Positions 40,429 through 50,005 of a stretch of DNA of 64,000 nt are shown in pieces. The position numbers and the translations under genes were made by a program. Numbering within the stretch: the stretch's first letter is position 1; each line of letters starts with the position of its first letter. This stretch comes from an uncultured delta proteobacterium (GTDB lineage: Bacteria; Myxococcota_A; Polyangia; Polyangiales; JAFGIB01): the NCBI GenBank assembly GCA_963778655.1, contig CAVZVA010000011.1, forward strand, positions 416,001 to 480,000. The letters are read 5' to 3'. The notes under the pieces are model-generated. The model made no database searches. It was not told where the DNA came from and saw only the letters and a list, made by a program, of their open reading frames with translations.

Positions 40429-41298
40429 ATGCATTGCAACGTGTGCGGCCAAGACGCGGAGCAGCCGGTGGAGCAAGCCGTGGTTCGCTCCAACGTGCGC
40501 AAGTTCGCGGCCGAGCAATTCGCGGTCTGGCGCTGCCCGCACTGCCTGAGCCTGCATGCGCGCGACGAGGTCGACCTCGGCAAGTACTACGCCGATTATC
40601 CGTTTCACAAGCTGGGCGAGGTCAGCGTGGGCTGGATGCTGCACGCGATGTACGGCAACCTGCTGTCGCGGCTGAAGAGCGTGGGCGTGGGCCGGGAGAC
40701 GAGCCTACTCGACTACGGCTGTGGCAGCGGGCTGTTCCTGTCGTATCTGCGCGAGCGGGGCTTCGAGCACGTCGCCGGCTACGACGAGTACTCCGAAGGC
40801 TACGCGGACAAGGCGGCGCTGGCGCGGCGCTACGGCTGCGTGATGGCGCAGGACCTGATCGAGCACGTGCCCGAGCCGCAGGCGCTGGTGCGCACCCTGC
40901 ACGAGCTGACCGAGCCGGGCGGGGTGATCGTGCTGGGCACGCCCAACGCCGAATCGATCGATCTGAACGACCCCGAGGCGCGCGTGCACACGCTGCACCA
41001 GCCCTACCACCGGCACATCCTGAGCAAGCGCGCGCTGCAGTCGCTGGGCAAGGAGCTCGGCTGGGAGCTGCTGCGCTACTACCCGACGATGTACGCGAAC
41101 ACGCTGGTTCCGACCGTGAACAGCGCCTTCGTGAACCATTACTTCAAGTGCCACGACAACAACGTGGATCTGGCCGTGGAGCCGGTGAACCCCAAGAGCC
41201 TGCGGCTGTGGACCCCGGTCACGCTCGCCCACGCCCTGCTGGGCTACTTCTGGGCCCCCGAGTCCGACGTGATGGCGATCTTCAGGCGCGGCGAGTAG
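40429..41298 (+). CDS. Class I SAM methyltransferase with N-terminal CxxC...CxxC
   Basis: CNVC, CPHC, LLDYGCGSG, DLIEH and TPN. Confidence 0.9.
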   Translation: MHCNVCGQDAEQPVEQAVVRSNVRKFAAEQFAVWRCPHCLSLHARDEVDLGKYYADYPFHKLGEVSVGWMLHAMYGNLLSRLKSVGVGRETSLLDYGCGSGLFLSYLRERGFEHVAGYDEYSEGYADKAALARRYGCVMAQDLIEHVPEPQALVRTLHELTEPGGVIVLGTPNAESIDLNDPEARVHTLHQPYHRHILSKRALQSLGKELGWELLRYYPTMYANTLVPTVNSAFVNHYFKCHDNNVDLAVEPVNPKSLRLWTPVTLAHALLGYFWAPESDVMAIFRRGE

Positions 41299-41311
41299 CG
41301 CTGCGAGAAGA

Positions 41312-41382
41312 AACAGGAAGACGGGAAGGGCTTGTTGGAAGACGGGAAGGGCTTTTTCTTCCCGCCTTCCCGTCTTGCTGTT
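41312..41382. repeat. GAAGACGGG-family inverted repeat between convergent genes
   Basis: aacaggaagacgggaagg ... ccttcccgtcttgctgtt. Confidence 0.75.
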
Positions 41383-41419
41383 GAATCTCTTCGGACCCCA
41401 GCGGCTGGGCAGTCGCACG

Positions 41420-43711
41420 CTAGTAGTGCCGCTCGAGCACGTACCAGCCGAAGGCGCGTAGCAGCATCTTCGCCAGGGAGTCGTCGAGCTTGGGCTCGAG
41501 CGTCTGCCAGCCGTCCTCGACCAGCGCCCGCGCCTGATCCGCGCAGGCCTCGATCGCGCCGCAGCCTTCGAGCTTGGCCAGCATCTGGCACACCACGCGC
41601 TCGTCGCTCGGCTTCTGCCGCAGCGTCTCCCACAGCCACTGCCGGTCCTTGAGCCCCAGGCGCGACATCGCCTTGGCCACCGGCAAGGTGATCTTGCCCT
41701 GCACCAGATCCTCGGCCTTGGACTTCAGATCGCCCTTGAAGCCGCGCAGGTTGAGCACGTCGTCGATGATCTGAAACGCCAACCCCAGGTCCTCGAAGAA
41801 CAGCCCGAGCCCCTCGATCTGCAGCTCGCTGCCGCCGCCCGCGATCCCGCCCATGCGTGCCAGGCAGCCGGCGGGCGCCGCAGTCTTGAGCCGGTGCACG
41901 GCCAGCACCCGCTCCTCCAGCAGCGCCGAATCCCCGCTCTGCACCACCTGCGGCATCATGCCCTCGAAGCCGTCGATGTCGATCGCCTGGCCTGCATGTC
42001 CGGCGCGCAACGCTTCGAAGTAGAGCTCGTAGATGCGGATCTGCTCGGCGTCCGAGACCAGCTCCGAGTTGAGCAGGTGAATGCCGACGAAGTAGGCCGC
42101 GGTACCGCTGTTGATCGCCTGCGATTCGCCGTAGACCAGGTGCGCGGTCGGGCCGCCGCGGCGGGTGGTCGACTTGTCCTCGACGTCGTCGACGATCAAC
42201 GAGCCGACGTGCATCAGCTCGGGCAAGGCTATCCACTGCACGAACTTGCGCGAGTCGCCGCCCACGATGTCGCAGCAGGTGATGGCCGCGTAGGAGCGCC
42301 AGCCCTTGCCGCCGCGGTCCACGATCTCGCGGATCGGGTGGATGTGCGTGCGCGCGTACTGCTCCACGTCCACGCCGCGCATGTACTGCTCGCGCTCGCG
42401 CGAGGCGATCAGCTTGCGCGCCGTCGCGTAGTCGGGACGCATCGGCAGCACGCGCTCCACCGATTCACGCACCACCTTGCCAACCTCCTCGAAGAAGCCC
42501 TCGAGGTCCTCGTACGGCGCGTAGCCACTGCGCTCCAGCATGCCCAGGCCGCTGCAGGGCTGGCCGCGCACGGTGCCCTTGACGTTGACTCGGCCCTCCC
42601 AGAACGAGGGCTTGGAGATCAGCGTGATGAACTCCTGGTCGTCGAACGCGGCCTCGACCTCCAGCTCGAGCTGGGCGCTGGGGATGCTCACCCGCCACAG
42701 CACCGGGTACTCGAAAAAGGTCTGGGTGCTGCGCCAGTTCTTCAAGCCCTCGAGCGAGATGTCCTTGTGCAACGAGCGCTTGCCCTCGGGATCGATGCGA
42801 ATCGCCCACTGCCCAGCTACCTCGGGAATGTTGACGTAGAGCTCGTTGTACAGCGAGAGCTCGCTGCCATCGTCGAGCTGCACCGACAGCCAGTCCCAGG
42901 CCACCTGGCGCTTCTCGTACTTCTTGCGCCGTTCGGCGTGCACACGCGCGCGCGTCTCGGAGTCCAGCCGCAGCTCGGCCTCGTCGTCGACGTTCTCGCG
43001 CTCACCCACGCCGAACTCGTGGTCGTACCAACCCTGGCCCTGGCTGATCTCGTGGACCAGCCCGCGGTGGGTGATGGTCCCGGTCACCGCGCAGCGCGGG
43101 ATGAAGTAGTAGAACATCGTCTCATCGCCGGAGCCGCGCACCACGCCATCGTCGCCCTGGCGAATCGGCGGCTTGCGCGGATCGAGCACCAGCTCCACGC
43201 CCACGGCCTTACGCTGGTCGCTGAGCTTGAGCAGGTAGCGGCCGTCGTCGAGCTTGCGGAACAGGTCCGGCCCGTACTGCAGGTCGAGGCGGTCGAGCGC
43301 GACGTGCACGCGGCCCTCGAAGATACGGTCGGGCAGCGGCACGTTGCCGCGCTCGAGGATCTCGCGCAGCGCTCGGTTGAGCTTGTGGTCCTTGCCACCC
43401 AGACCGCGCTTGATGCGCTTGAGCCCCTCCTCGGGCGCGCTCGGGTCCACGCGCGAGACGGTGTGCGAGACCTTCTCGAGTGGATCGAACAGCGACCAGG
43501 TCAGCGAGTGCGCGTAGAGCGGCGCGCGCGTCTCCGGGTGGTAGCCCTTGACCTGGCGGAAGAACGCCGCGAAAAACGAATACGGCTGACCGCCCGCGAC
43601 AACGTGGCCGTTCTGGTACCACCACTCGGTGGTGGAGGAAGCATGCGGCCGATCGTGTGCCTCGAGATCGATGGGATCGTCGGTCGGCCAATCAGCTGGA
43701 AAAGACTTCAC
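41420..43711 (-). CDS. Fusion of an AttH/CrtC lipocalin-like domain and a trans-isoprenyl diphosphate synthase
   Basis: N-terminal HxxxxxEWWY, YYFIP, WYDHEFG, WDW, YP, DQE and FWEG. C-terminal RGGKGWR, DDVED..RRG, GQAID, KT and FQIIDDVLN. Confidence 0.88.
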   Translation of the reverse strand: MKSFPADWPTDDPIDLEAHDRPHASSTTEWWYQNGHVVAGGQPYSFFAAFFRQVKGYHPETRAPLYAHSLTWSLFDPLEKVSHTVSRVDPSAPEEGLKRIKRGLGGKDHKLNRALREILERGNVPLPDRIFEGRVHVALDRLDLQYGPDLFRKLDDGRYLLKLSDQRKAVGVELVLDPRKPPIRQGDDGVVRGSGDETMFYYFIPRCAVTGTITHRGLVHEISQGQGWYDHEFGVGERENVDDEAELRLDSETRARVHAERRKKYEKRQVAWDWLSVQLDDGSELSLYNELYVNIPEVAGQWAIRIDPEGKRSLHKDISLEGLKNWRSTQTFFEYPVLWRVSIPSAQLELEVEAAFDDQEFITLISKPSFWEGRVNVKGTVRGQPCSGLGMLERSGYAPYEDLEGFFEEVGKVVRESVERVLPMRPDYATARKLIASREREQYMRGVDVEQYARTHIHPIREIVDRGGKGWRSYAAITCCDIVGGDSRKFVQWIALPELMHVGSLIVDDVEDKSTTRRGGPTAHLVYGESQAINSGTAAYFVGIHLLNSELVSDAEQIRIYELYFEALRAGHAGQAIDIDGFEGMMPQVVQSGDSALLEERVLAVHRLKTAAPAGCLARMGGIAGGGSELQIEGLGLFFEDLGLAFQIIDDVLNLRGFKGDLKSKAEDLVQGKITLPVAKAMSRLGLKDRQWLWETLRQKPSDERVVCQMLAKLEGCGAIEACADQARALVEDGWQTLEPKLDDSLAKMLLRAFGWYVLERHY

Positions 43712-43846
43712 CTCTGCTCCGACTTCCACCGTTCCCCAAGCCCCTCTGCCTACCAATAGCCATGATATGGTGTCAACGTGGTCGCGCGTGAAGCGCTGTG
43801 GGTCGGGTGTGAATCAAACAGCCCGGCCCGGCGTCGGCTTGCCAAA

Positions 43847-44635
43847 ATGAAACGCCTGCTTTTCGGACTCGCCGTGCTGCTAGTTGCCGCTCCCTGGGCC
43901 GCCAAGACCCAGGCGGCGGGCCCGGACTCGCTGTCCGCCGATGACATCGCCGGACGCACTTTGCGCGCGGACGCCTTCACCTGGGAGGGCGCGAAGACGC
44001 GACTGCGCATGATCTTGCAGACGCCGGACGGCAAGCGCCAGGAGCGCTCGATGGAGGTGGTAGCCCGCAGAGACAAGGGGTTGCTCCAGACCATGGTACG
44101 CTTTTTATCGCCGCAGGACCTGGCCGGAACCGCCTTCCTGCTCCGGGAGCAGAAGGGGGGCGCATCCGAGCAGTACGTGTACTTGTCCGGCCTGAAGCGC
44201 ACGCGCCGTGTGGTGGGCAGGGAGCGCGAGGGCAGCTTCATGGGCAGCGATTTCACCTACGCCGACATGCAGCGCATCGACCCCAAGCACGCGCACAACG
44301 TGCGCTTGCCGGACGACAAGATCGGCGATGCCCCCACCTACGTGATCGAGTCGACCCTCTCCCCCGACGCCGGCTTGGCCTACGGCAAGCTGGTCACCTG
44401 GGTGCGCAAGAGCGATTTCGTCGCGATCCGGACGCGCTTCTTCGACAAGCAGGGCAAGCTGATCAAGACGCTGTATGCGCGCAAGGTGCGCGAGCTCGAA
44501 GGCAAGCCGGTGGTGGTGGACGCCCGCATGCAGAGCGAGAACGGCCACGCCACCGAGCTGATCATCGACGCCATGGAGCGCGAGGACAACCTGCCGGACG
44601 CGCTGTTCACACCCGCGGCGCTCGAGCATTACTGA
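43847..44635 (+). CDS. Outer membrane lipoprotein-sorting protein (LolA-like)
   Basis: Signal peptide; FLSPQDLAGTAFL, SFMGSDFTYAD and FFDKQGKLIK. Confidence 0.85.
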   Translation: MKRLLFGLAVLLVAAPWAAKTQAAGPDSLSADDIAGRTLRADAFTWEGAKTRLRMILQTPDGKRQERSMEVVARRDKGLLQTMVRFLSPQDLAGTAFLLREQKGGASEQYVYLSGLKRTRRVVGREREGSFMGSDFTYADMQRIDPKHAHNVRLPDDKIGDAPTYVIESTLSPDAGLAYGKLVTWVRKSDFVAIRTRFFDKQGKLIKTLYARKVRELEGKPVVVDARMQSENGHATELIIDAMEREDNLPDALFTPAALEHY

Positions 44636-44646
44636 TTGTATCGGGA

Positions 44647-45459
44647 GGGTCACGCGACCCTCCCGCCCCACCGGCCAAGCCGTTGGGGCCCCACCCTCCC
44701 GCGCGGCTCGCTTCGCTCGCTCGTCCTTGCAAGCGCAACGCCTCGGGTCACGCGACCCTCCCGCCCCACCGGCCAAGCCGTTGGGGCCCCACCCTCCCGC
44801 GCGGCTCGCTTCGCTCGCTCGTCCTTGCAAGCGCAACGCCTCGGGTCACGCGACCCTCCCGCCCCACCGGCCAAGCCGTTGGGGCCCCACCCTCCCGCGC
44901 GGCTCGCTTCGCTCGCTCGTCCTTGCAAGCGCAACGCCTCGGGTCACGCGACCCTCCCGCCCCACCGGCCAAGCCGTTGGGGCCCCACCCTCCCGCGCGG
45001 CTCGCTTCGCTCGCTCGTCCTTGCAAGCGCAACGCCTCGGGTCACGCGACCCTCCCGCCCCACCGGCCAAGCCGTTGGGGCCCCACCCTCCCGCGCGGCT
45101 CGCTTCGCTCGCTCGTCCTTGCAAGCGCAACGCCTCGGGTCACGCGACCCTCCCGCCCCACCGGCCAAGCCGTCGGGGCCCCACCCTCCCGCGCGGCTCG
45201 CTTCGCTCGCTCGTCCTTGCAAGCGCAACGCCTCGGGTCACGCGACCCTCCCGCCCCACCGGCCAAGCCGTTGGGGCCCCACCCTCCCGCGCGGCTCGCT
45301 TCGCTCGCTCGTCCTTGCAAGCGCAACGCCTCGGGTCACGCGACCCTCCCGCCCCACCGGCCAAGCCGTTGGGGCCCCACCCTCCCGCGCGGCTCGCTTC
45401 GCTCGCTCGTCCTTGCAAGCGCAACGCCTCGGGTCACGCGACCCTCCCGCCCCACCGGC
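44647..45459. repeat. Tandem array of a 98-bp palindromic unit, 8 full copies plus 1 partial
   Basis: Units start at 44647, 44745, 44843, 44941, 45039, 45137, 45235, 45333 and 45431. They are identical except T>C at 45174; there are no spacers. Confidence 0.97.
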
Positions 45460-45556
45460 TTCGCTCGCACGTGCCGGGTGCGCTGATCAACGCGCATCGG
45501 GGTGCGCCTGACCCGCGCTTTGTCGGCCGCGGCGAAACATAGTACACCGGCGCCTG

Positions 45557-46489
45557 GTGGCGATTTTCGACGAGATGCGGCAGGTGTCGAACGCCGGGCT
45601 CGAGCTGCTGAGGAAGCCCTCGGCGATCTGGCGCGAGCTGGCGCTGCTGCTGCACTCCGATCCGGAGAGCTACTACGACTTCCTGGGCGACGACGTGCTC
45701 GAGGCCCAGGACCAGGGCTTCGCCCACGCGGACAAGCCGTTGTGGCTGAACCTCGGCTACTGGAAGCGGGCGCACAGCTACCCCGATGCCTGCGCCGACC
45801 TGGCGCGCAAGCTGGCCGGGGCGGCTCAGCTGCAGCCCAGTGACGTGGTGCTGGACGCCGGCTTCGGCTTCGGCGAGCAGGACCTGCTGTGGGCACGCGA
45901 ACAGGGGGTGGCGCGCATCGTCGGCGTCAACGTGACCAAGCTCCACGTAGACGTGGCGTCCGAGCGCGTGCGCGCGCACGGGCTGCAGGAGCGCATCGAT
46001 CTGCGCCTGGGCTCGGCCACCGAGCTCCCGCTCGAGGCAGCCTCGGTCGACAAGGTGGTAGCGCTCGAGAGCGCGTTTCACTTCGACACGCGCGAGCGCT
46101 TCTTCCACGAGGCGCAGCGGGTGCTGAAGCCGGGCGGCCGGATCGCGCTCGCCGACTGCATGCCCTACCCGGGCGAGCATCCGGGCGGGCTGGTCGACCG
46201 GCTGGTCTGGCGCCGCTGGGGCGTGCCCGCAGCCAACATCTACGACCGCGAGGTCTATTTGCAGAAGCTGGCCGCGGCCGGCTTTCACGACGTCCAAGCC
46301 GAGTCGATCAGGCAGCACGTGTTCCCGGGCATGCATCGCTACGCCGAGCAGCGGCGGAAGGGCGTACGCATGGAGGACGCGCGCGTCGAGCTGAGCGAGC
46401 AAGACGTGCAGAGCTGCCTAGGCGTGGAGGTCTGGCGCAAACAGGGCGGCCTGACCGACTACGTGATCGTCTCCGCGGTCAAGCGCTGA
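45557..46489 (+). CDS. SAM methyltransferase (natural-product type with LNLGYW motif)
   Basis: WLNLGYW, VLDAGFGFGEQ, ALESAFHF and VLKPGG. Confidence 0.9.
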   Translation: MAIFDEMRQVSNAGLELLRKPSAIWRELALLLHSDPESYYDFLGDDVLEAQDQGFAHADKPLWLNLGYWKRAHSYPDACADLARKLAGAAQLQPSDVVLDAGFGFGEQDLLWAREQGVARIVGVNVTKLHVDVASERVRAHGLQERIDLRLGSATELPLEAASVDKVVALESAFHFDTRERFFHEAQRVLKPGGRIALADCMPYPGEHPGGLVDRLVWRRWGVPAANIYDREVYLQKLAAAGFHDVQAESIRQHVFPGMHRYAEQRRKGVRMEDARVELSEQDVQSCLGVEVWRKQGGLTDYVIVSAVKR

Positions 46490-46507
46490 GCCTGCGGCCT
46501 CCCGAAG

Positions 46508-47452
46508 ATGCCCCCGAGCAGCCAGAGCGGCCCGACGCCGACGACCAAGTCCGAGCCCACCGCCCTGGTGAGCATCGAGCGCTGCGTGGTGTGCGGCGAG
46601 CCGCGCGCCGCCGATGCGGAGACGGCGAGCGTGCGCAGCAACGTGCGCGCGTTCACCCGCGAGCGCTTCGCGATCTGGCGCTGCGCGCGCTGCCGCTCGA
46701 TTCACGCCGCCGAGCCGGCCGACCTCCCGCACTACTACCGCGCTTACCCGCTGCTCGGCGCGGAGCTCGACTGGAAGCTGCGGGTGACCTACGGCGCGCT
46801 GCTGCGGCGGCTCACGCGCGCGGGGCTGCGCAAGCAGCACCGCATCCTCGACTACGGCTGCGGCAAGGGCCTGCTGGTACGCTTCCTGCGCGAGCGCGGC
46901 TATCTGGCCGCGCACGGCTACGATCGCTATGCCGAGGGCTTTCGCGATCCGGCGGTGCTGGAGCAGCGCTACGACTGCATCGTCTCGCAGGACGTGATCG
47001 AGCACGTCGACGACCCGCTCGCGCTGCTCGCGCAGTTCGACGCCCTGAGCCAACCCGGGGCAATCGTGTCGATCGGCACCCCGGACGCCGCGGCGCTCGA
47101 CCTGGGAGACCCCGAGGACTATGTGCACGCGCTGCACTTGCCCTACCATCGCCACATCCTGGCCGCGCCGGCGCTGATCGACGCCGGAAGAAACCTGGGC
47201 TGGGAGGTCGCGCGTTTCTACGACACGATGTACATCAACACGCTGTTTCCCACCATGAACCCGCGCTTCGTCCTGCACTACGTGCGTTGCCACGACGACG
47301 TCTTCGACCTGGTCGCCGAGCCGATCAAGCTGAGCCTCAGGCTATGGTCGCCAGTGACGCTGTTCTTCGCCTTCTTCGGCTACTTCTTCGACCGCCACAC
47401 CGACATCCAGGTGGTGTTCCGCAAGCGCGCCGCGCAGGCGGGGGCGGCATGA
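46508..47452 (+). CDS. SAM methyltransferase, close paralog of 40429-41298
   Basis: CVVC, VRSNVR, CARC, ILDYGCGKG, DVIEH and PYHRHIL. Confidence 0.9.
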   Translation: MPPSSQSGPTPTTKSEPTALVSIERCVVCGEPRAADAETASVRSNVRAFTRERFAIWRCARCRSIHAAEPADLPHYYRAYPLLGAELDWKLRVTYGALLRRLTRAGLRKQHRILDYGCGKGLLVRFLRERGYLAAHGYDRYAEGFRDPAVLEQRYDCIVSQDVIEHVDDPLALLAQFDALSQPGAIVSIGTPDAAALDLGDPEDYVHALHLPYHRHILAAPALIDAGRNLGWEVARFYDTMYINTLFPTMNPRFVLHYVRCHDDVFDLVAEPIKLSLRLWSPVTLFFAFFGYFFDRHTDIQVVFRKRAAQAGAA

Positions 47453-47501
47453 GCGCGGCGGCGCCGAACGGGGGAGCCGGACCCCGAAGCGAGGGCCAGC
47501 C

Positions 47502-48233
47502 GTGAGCGGGTCGTCGATCATCGTGGCCGAGGGCGTGAGCCGCACCTACGGCAGCGGGCCGTCGGCGGTCACGGCCGTCAAGGAGCTGAGCCTGTCGATC
47601 GAGGCCGGCTCGTTCGTGGCGATCGTGGGCGCAAGCGGCTCGGGCAAGAGCACGCTGCTGAACATGATCGGCGCGCTCGACCACCCGAGCGGCGGCCGGC
47701 TGCTGGTCGAGGACCAGGATCTGTACGCGCTCTCGGACAACGCGCGCACGCGCTTCCGGCGCGACCGCATCGGCTTCGTGTTCCAATTCTTCCACCTGCT
47801 GCCCACGCTGACCGCGCTCGAGAACGCCATGCTACCGGCGGAGCTGGCCGGGCGCGGCGGCAAGCAGGCGCACAAGAAGGCGCAAGCGTTGCTCGAGCGG
47901 GTGGGGCTGCGCGAGCGCGCGGGCCACAAGCCCGACGAGCTGTCGGGCGGCGAGATGCAGCGGGTCGCGATCGCGCGCGCGCTGATGATGGACCCACCGC
48001 TGCTGCTGGCGGACGAGCCCACCGGGAACCTCGATTCCAAGACGGGCGCACTGATCCTGGAGCTGCTGCGCGGCGCAGTGGACGAGCGGCGCACGCTGCT
48101 GCTGGTGACGCACGACCCGAACGTGGCCAAGCAGGGCCAGCGCGTGCTGACCATGGCCGACGGCGTCCTGGCCGCCGATCAGCCGAGCAGCGAGTTCCAC
48201 CCCAGCGCCTGGCCGGCCGCGCGCGCGGACTGA
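47502..48233 (+). CDS. ABC transporter ATP-binding protein (LolD/MacB-like)
   Basis: GASGSGKST, GFVFQFFHL, LSGGE, ADEPTGNLD and VTHD. Confidence 0.93.
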   Translation: MSGSSIIVAEGVSRTYGSGPSAVTAVKELSLSIEAGSFVAIVGASGSGKSTLLNMIGALDHPSGGRLLVEDQDLYALSDNARTRFRRDRIGFVFQFFHLLPTLTALENAMLPAELAGRGGKQAHKKAQALLERVGLRERAGHKPDELSGGEMQRVAIARALMMDPPLLLADEPTGNLDSKTGALILELLRGAVDERRTLLLVTHDPNVAKQGQRVLTMADGVLAADQPSSEFHPSAWPAARAD

Positions 48234-48370
48234 GCGTTCCTTCCGAGCTCCCCGAGTGCGGAGATCGTGCTGGGCGGCCGTGAGGGGGCGGGAGGGTTGG
48301 GGTTCGGGACGGGCGGCTTGCACTTGCAGCGGTCGCGACGACAGCGCCCAGCACGATCCTCTCTCTTGTG

Positions 48371-48784
48371 CTACGCCGGGGCGTGCGCCAAGGCCGAGGC
48401 GGTGTGGCGGCCGACGATCGCGGGGGCTTCGTGGATCAGCTCGTCGTTCTTGAGCGCTTCCACCATGAACAGCGCGGAATCGATGCGGCGGGTGAGGTTG
48501 CTCTTCAAGATGGGGTCGCCGGCGTGGCGGCTCGACACCGGCAAGCCTTGGCTCTCGCCCTCTTCCAGGTTGCTGCCGCGCACCACGGTCCAGCGCGTGT
48601 CGCTGGCGAACACCCGCCGGCACGCTTCCACCTGATCGTCGAGGTCGGCGAAGGGCGCCAAGCGCGCGATCCAGTCAAAGGCTTTCACCATCGTCATGAG
48701 CATCTTCGAGTACACGTCCTGACCGTCGCCCGTGATGTGCCATCCGCACGAGAACACCAGCCGCGCGCCCGCGGGCGCGTAGTG
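48371..48784 (-). pseudogene. C-terminal remnant of an NAD(P)H-binding (flavin reductase-like) oxidoreductase
   Basis: RLVFSCGWHI, WTVVRGSNLEEG and TRRIDSALFM, but no N-terminal Rossmann GxxG and no plausible start. Confidence 0.6.
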
Positions 48785-48995
48785 AGCGTTCCGCAGTTGA
48801 ACCGGCGCTTCGGCCGACAGCGGGGCATTCACGTGGCAACCGGACCGGCTCCGAGTCATGCCGCGTCGCTGACACCCGCGAGCCGCGAGCGGCTGAGAGC
48901 GCGCCTCGCACTGCACCTTGGGAGCCGGACCCAACGGGCGCATTCGCCTTCGAGCGCGCGCATGGGGAGTGCGCGGCAGGTCGGGTTGAGCGCCC

Positions 48996-49958
48996 TCAGC
49001 GCGCTCGCGCCACCGCGAACATGAACTCCGGCAGCAGCGGCTGCAGCGGCAACAGCGGAAATGACAGCAACGCCGAGAGCAGCGGATACAGCGTCTGGTG
49101 CTTGCGCCAGTGACGTAGGCCGAGCGCCTGGACCAGGCTCATGCCGGCGTAGAACGGCAGTGTGAAGGGCGTGACCTGCAGCAGCTCGTAGCCGTGGCGG
49201 GCGAGCATGCGCTCGAGCGTGTCGGGGGCGAAGAACACCAGGTGGCGGGGGATGTCGAGGTTCCACCAGTAGCGGCCGAACAGCCGCGCGGGGAAGGCAT
49301 CGATGTGCGGCAGCTCGAGCGCGAGGTGGCCGCCCGTGCGCGTCACCCGCCGCGCCTCGTCGAGCACACGCCCCGGGTCGGGCTCGTGCTCGAGGTATTC
49401 CATCATCAGCACGGTGTCGAAGGAGGCTTCCGGCAGGCCCGCGCTCTCGAGCGTGCCCTCGACAATCGGCATCTGCAGCGTGTCGCGCACGTAGGCCACG
49501 ATCTCGGGCTTGAAGTCGAGCCCGGTGCCGGTGCAGCCGCGCTCTTCCTTGACGCACTGCAGCAGCCGGTTGACGCCGCAGCCGACGTCGAGGATGGCGT
49601 GCTCGGGCTGGATGCGGCCGGCGCTGTGCTCCAGGTAGCGGATGCGGCGCAGCGAGATGCCGCGCGCGAGCGCGCGTAGGAACGGTTGCAGCAAGCGCGG
49701 CGCGTCCTCGTGCAGGCTGTAGCCGAAGTAGTCGCTCGGGTAGTGGCGGCCGAGCGCGGTGGGCGTGGGCCGCGGGCTGACGTATTGCAGCTGACAGCCG
49801 CTGCAACGCACCAACGGGTAGCTGCCGGGCTGCGCGAACAACAGATCGCGCGCGAGCAGCACCGGCTCGGTCTTGCGCCCGCCGCACAGCGGGCACGCGA
49901 TCTCCTCCTGCGACTCGCCATGCGCGGCGCTCTCGAACGTGCGCAGCGCCTCGATCAC
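48996..49958 (-). CDS. Class I SAM methyltransferase with CxxC...CxxC
   Basis: CPLC, CSGC, ILDVGCG, EYLEH and PRHLVFF. Confidence 0.9.
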   Translation of the reverse strand: MIEALRTFESAAHGESQEEIACPLCGGRKTEPVLLARDLLFAQPGSYPLVRCSGCQLQYVSPRPTPTALGRHYPSDYFGYSLHEDAPRLLQPFLRALARGISLRRIRYLEHSAGRIQPEHAILDVGCGVNRLLQCVKEERGCTGTGLDFKPEIVAYVRDTLQMPIVEGTLESAGLPEASFDTVLMMEYLEHEPDPGRVLDEARRVTRTGGHLALELPHIDAFPARLFGRYWWNLDIPRHLVFFAPDTLERMLARHGYELLQVTPFTLPFYAGMSLVQALGLRHWRKHQTLYPLLSALLSFPLLPLQPLLPEFMFAVARAR

Positions 49959-50005
49959 CTGCAGCGCCCCGCTCGCGCGCGCGTGCCTGCCGGCCCGCCG
50001 TCCAT

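Noticed and set aside
44647..45459. CRISPR array
   Set aside because: Units are identical end to end with no unique spacers, and no cas genes are in the window.
44636..45542. Repeat-protein ORFs in all three plus frames and 94-aa minus ORFs
   Set aside because: Artefact of a stop-free 98-bp unit (not a multiple of 3) cycling through frames.
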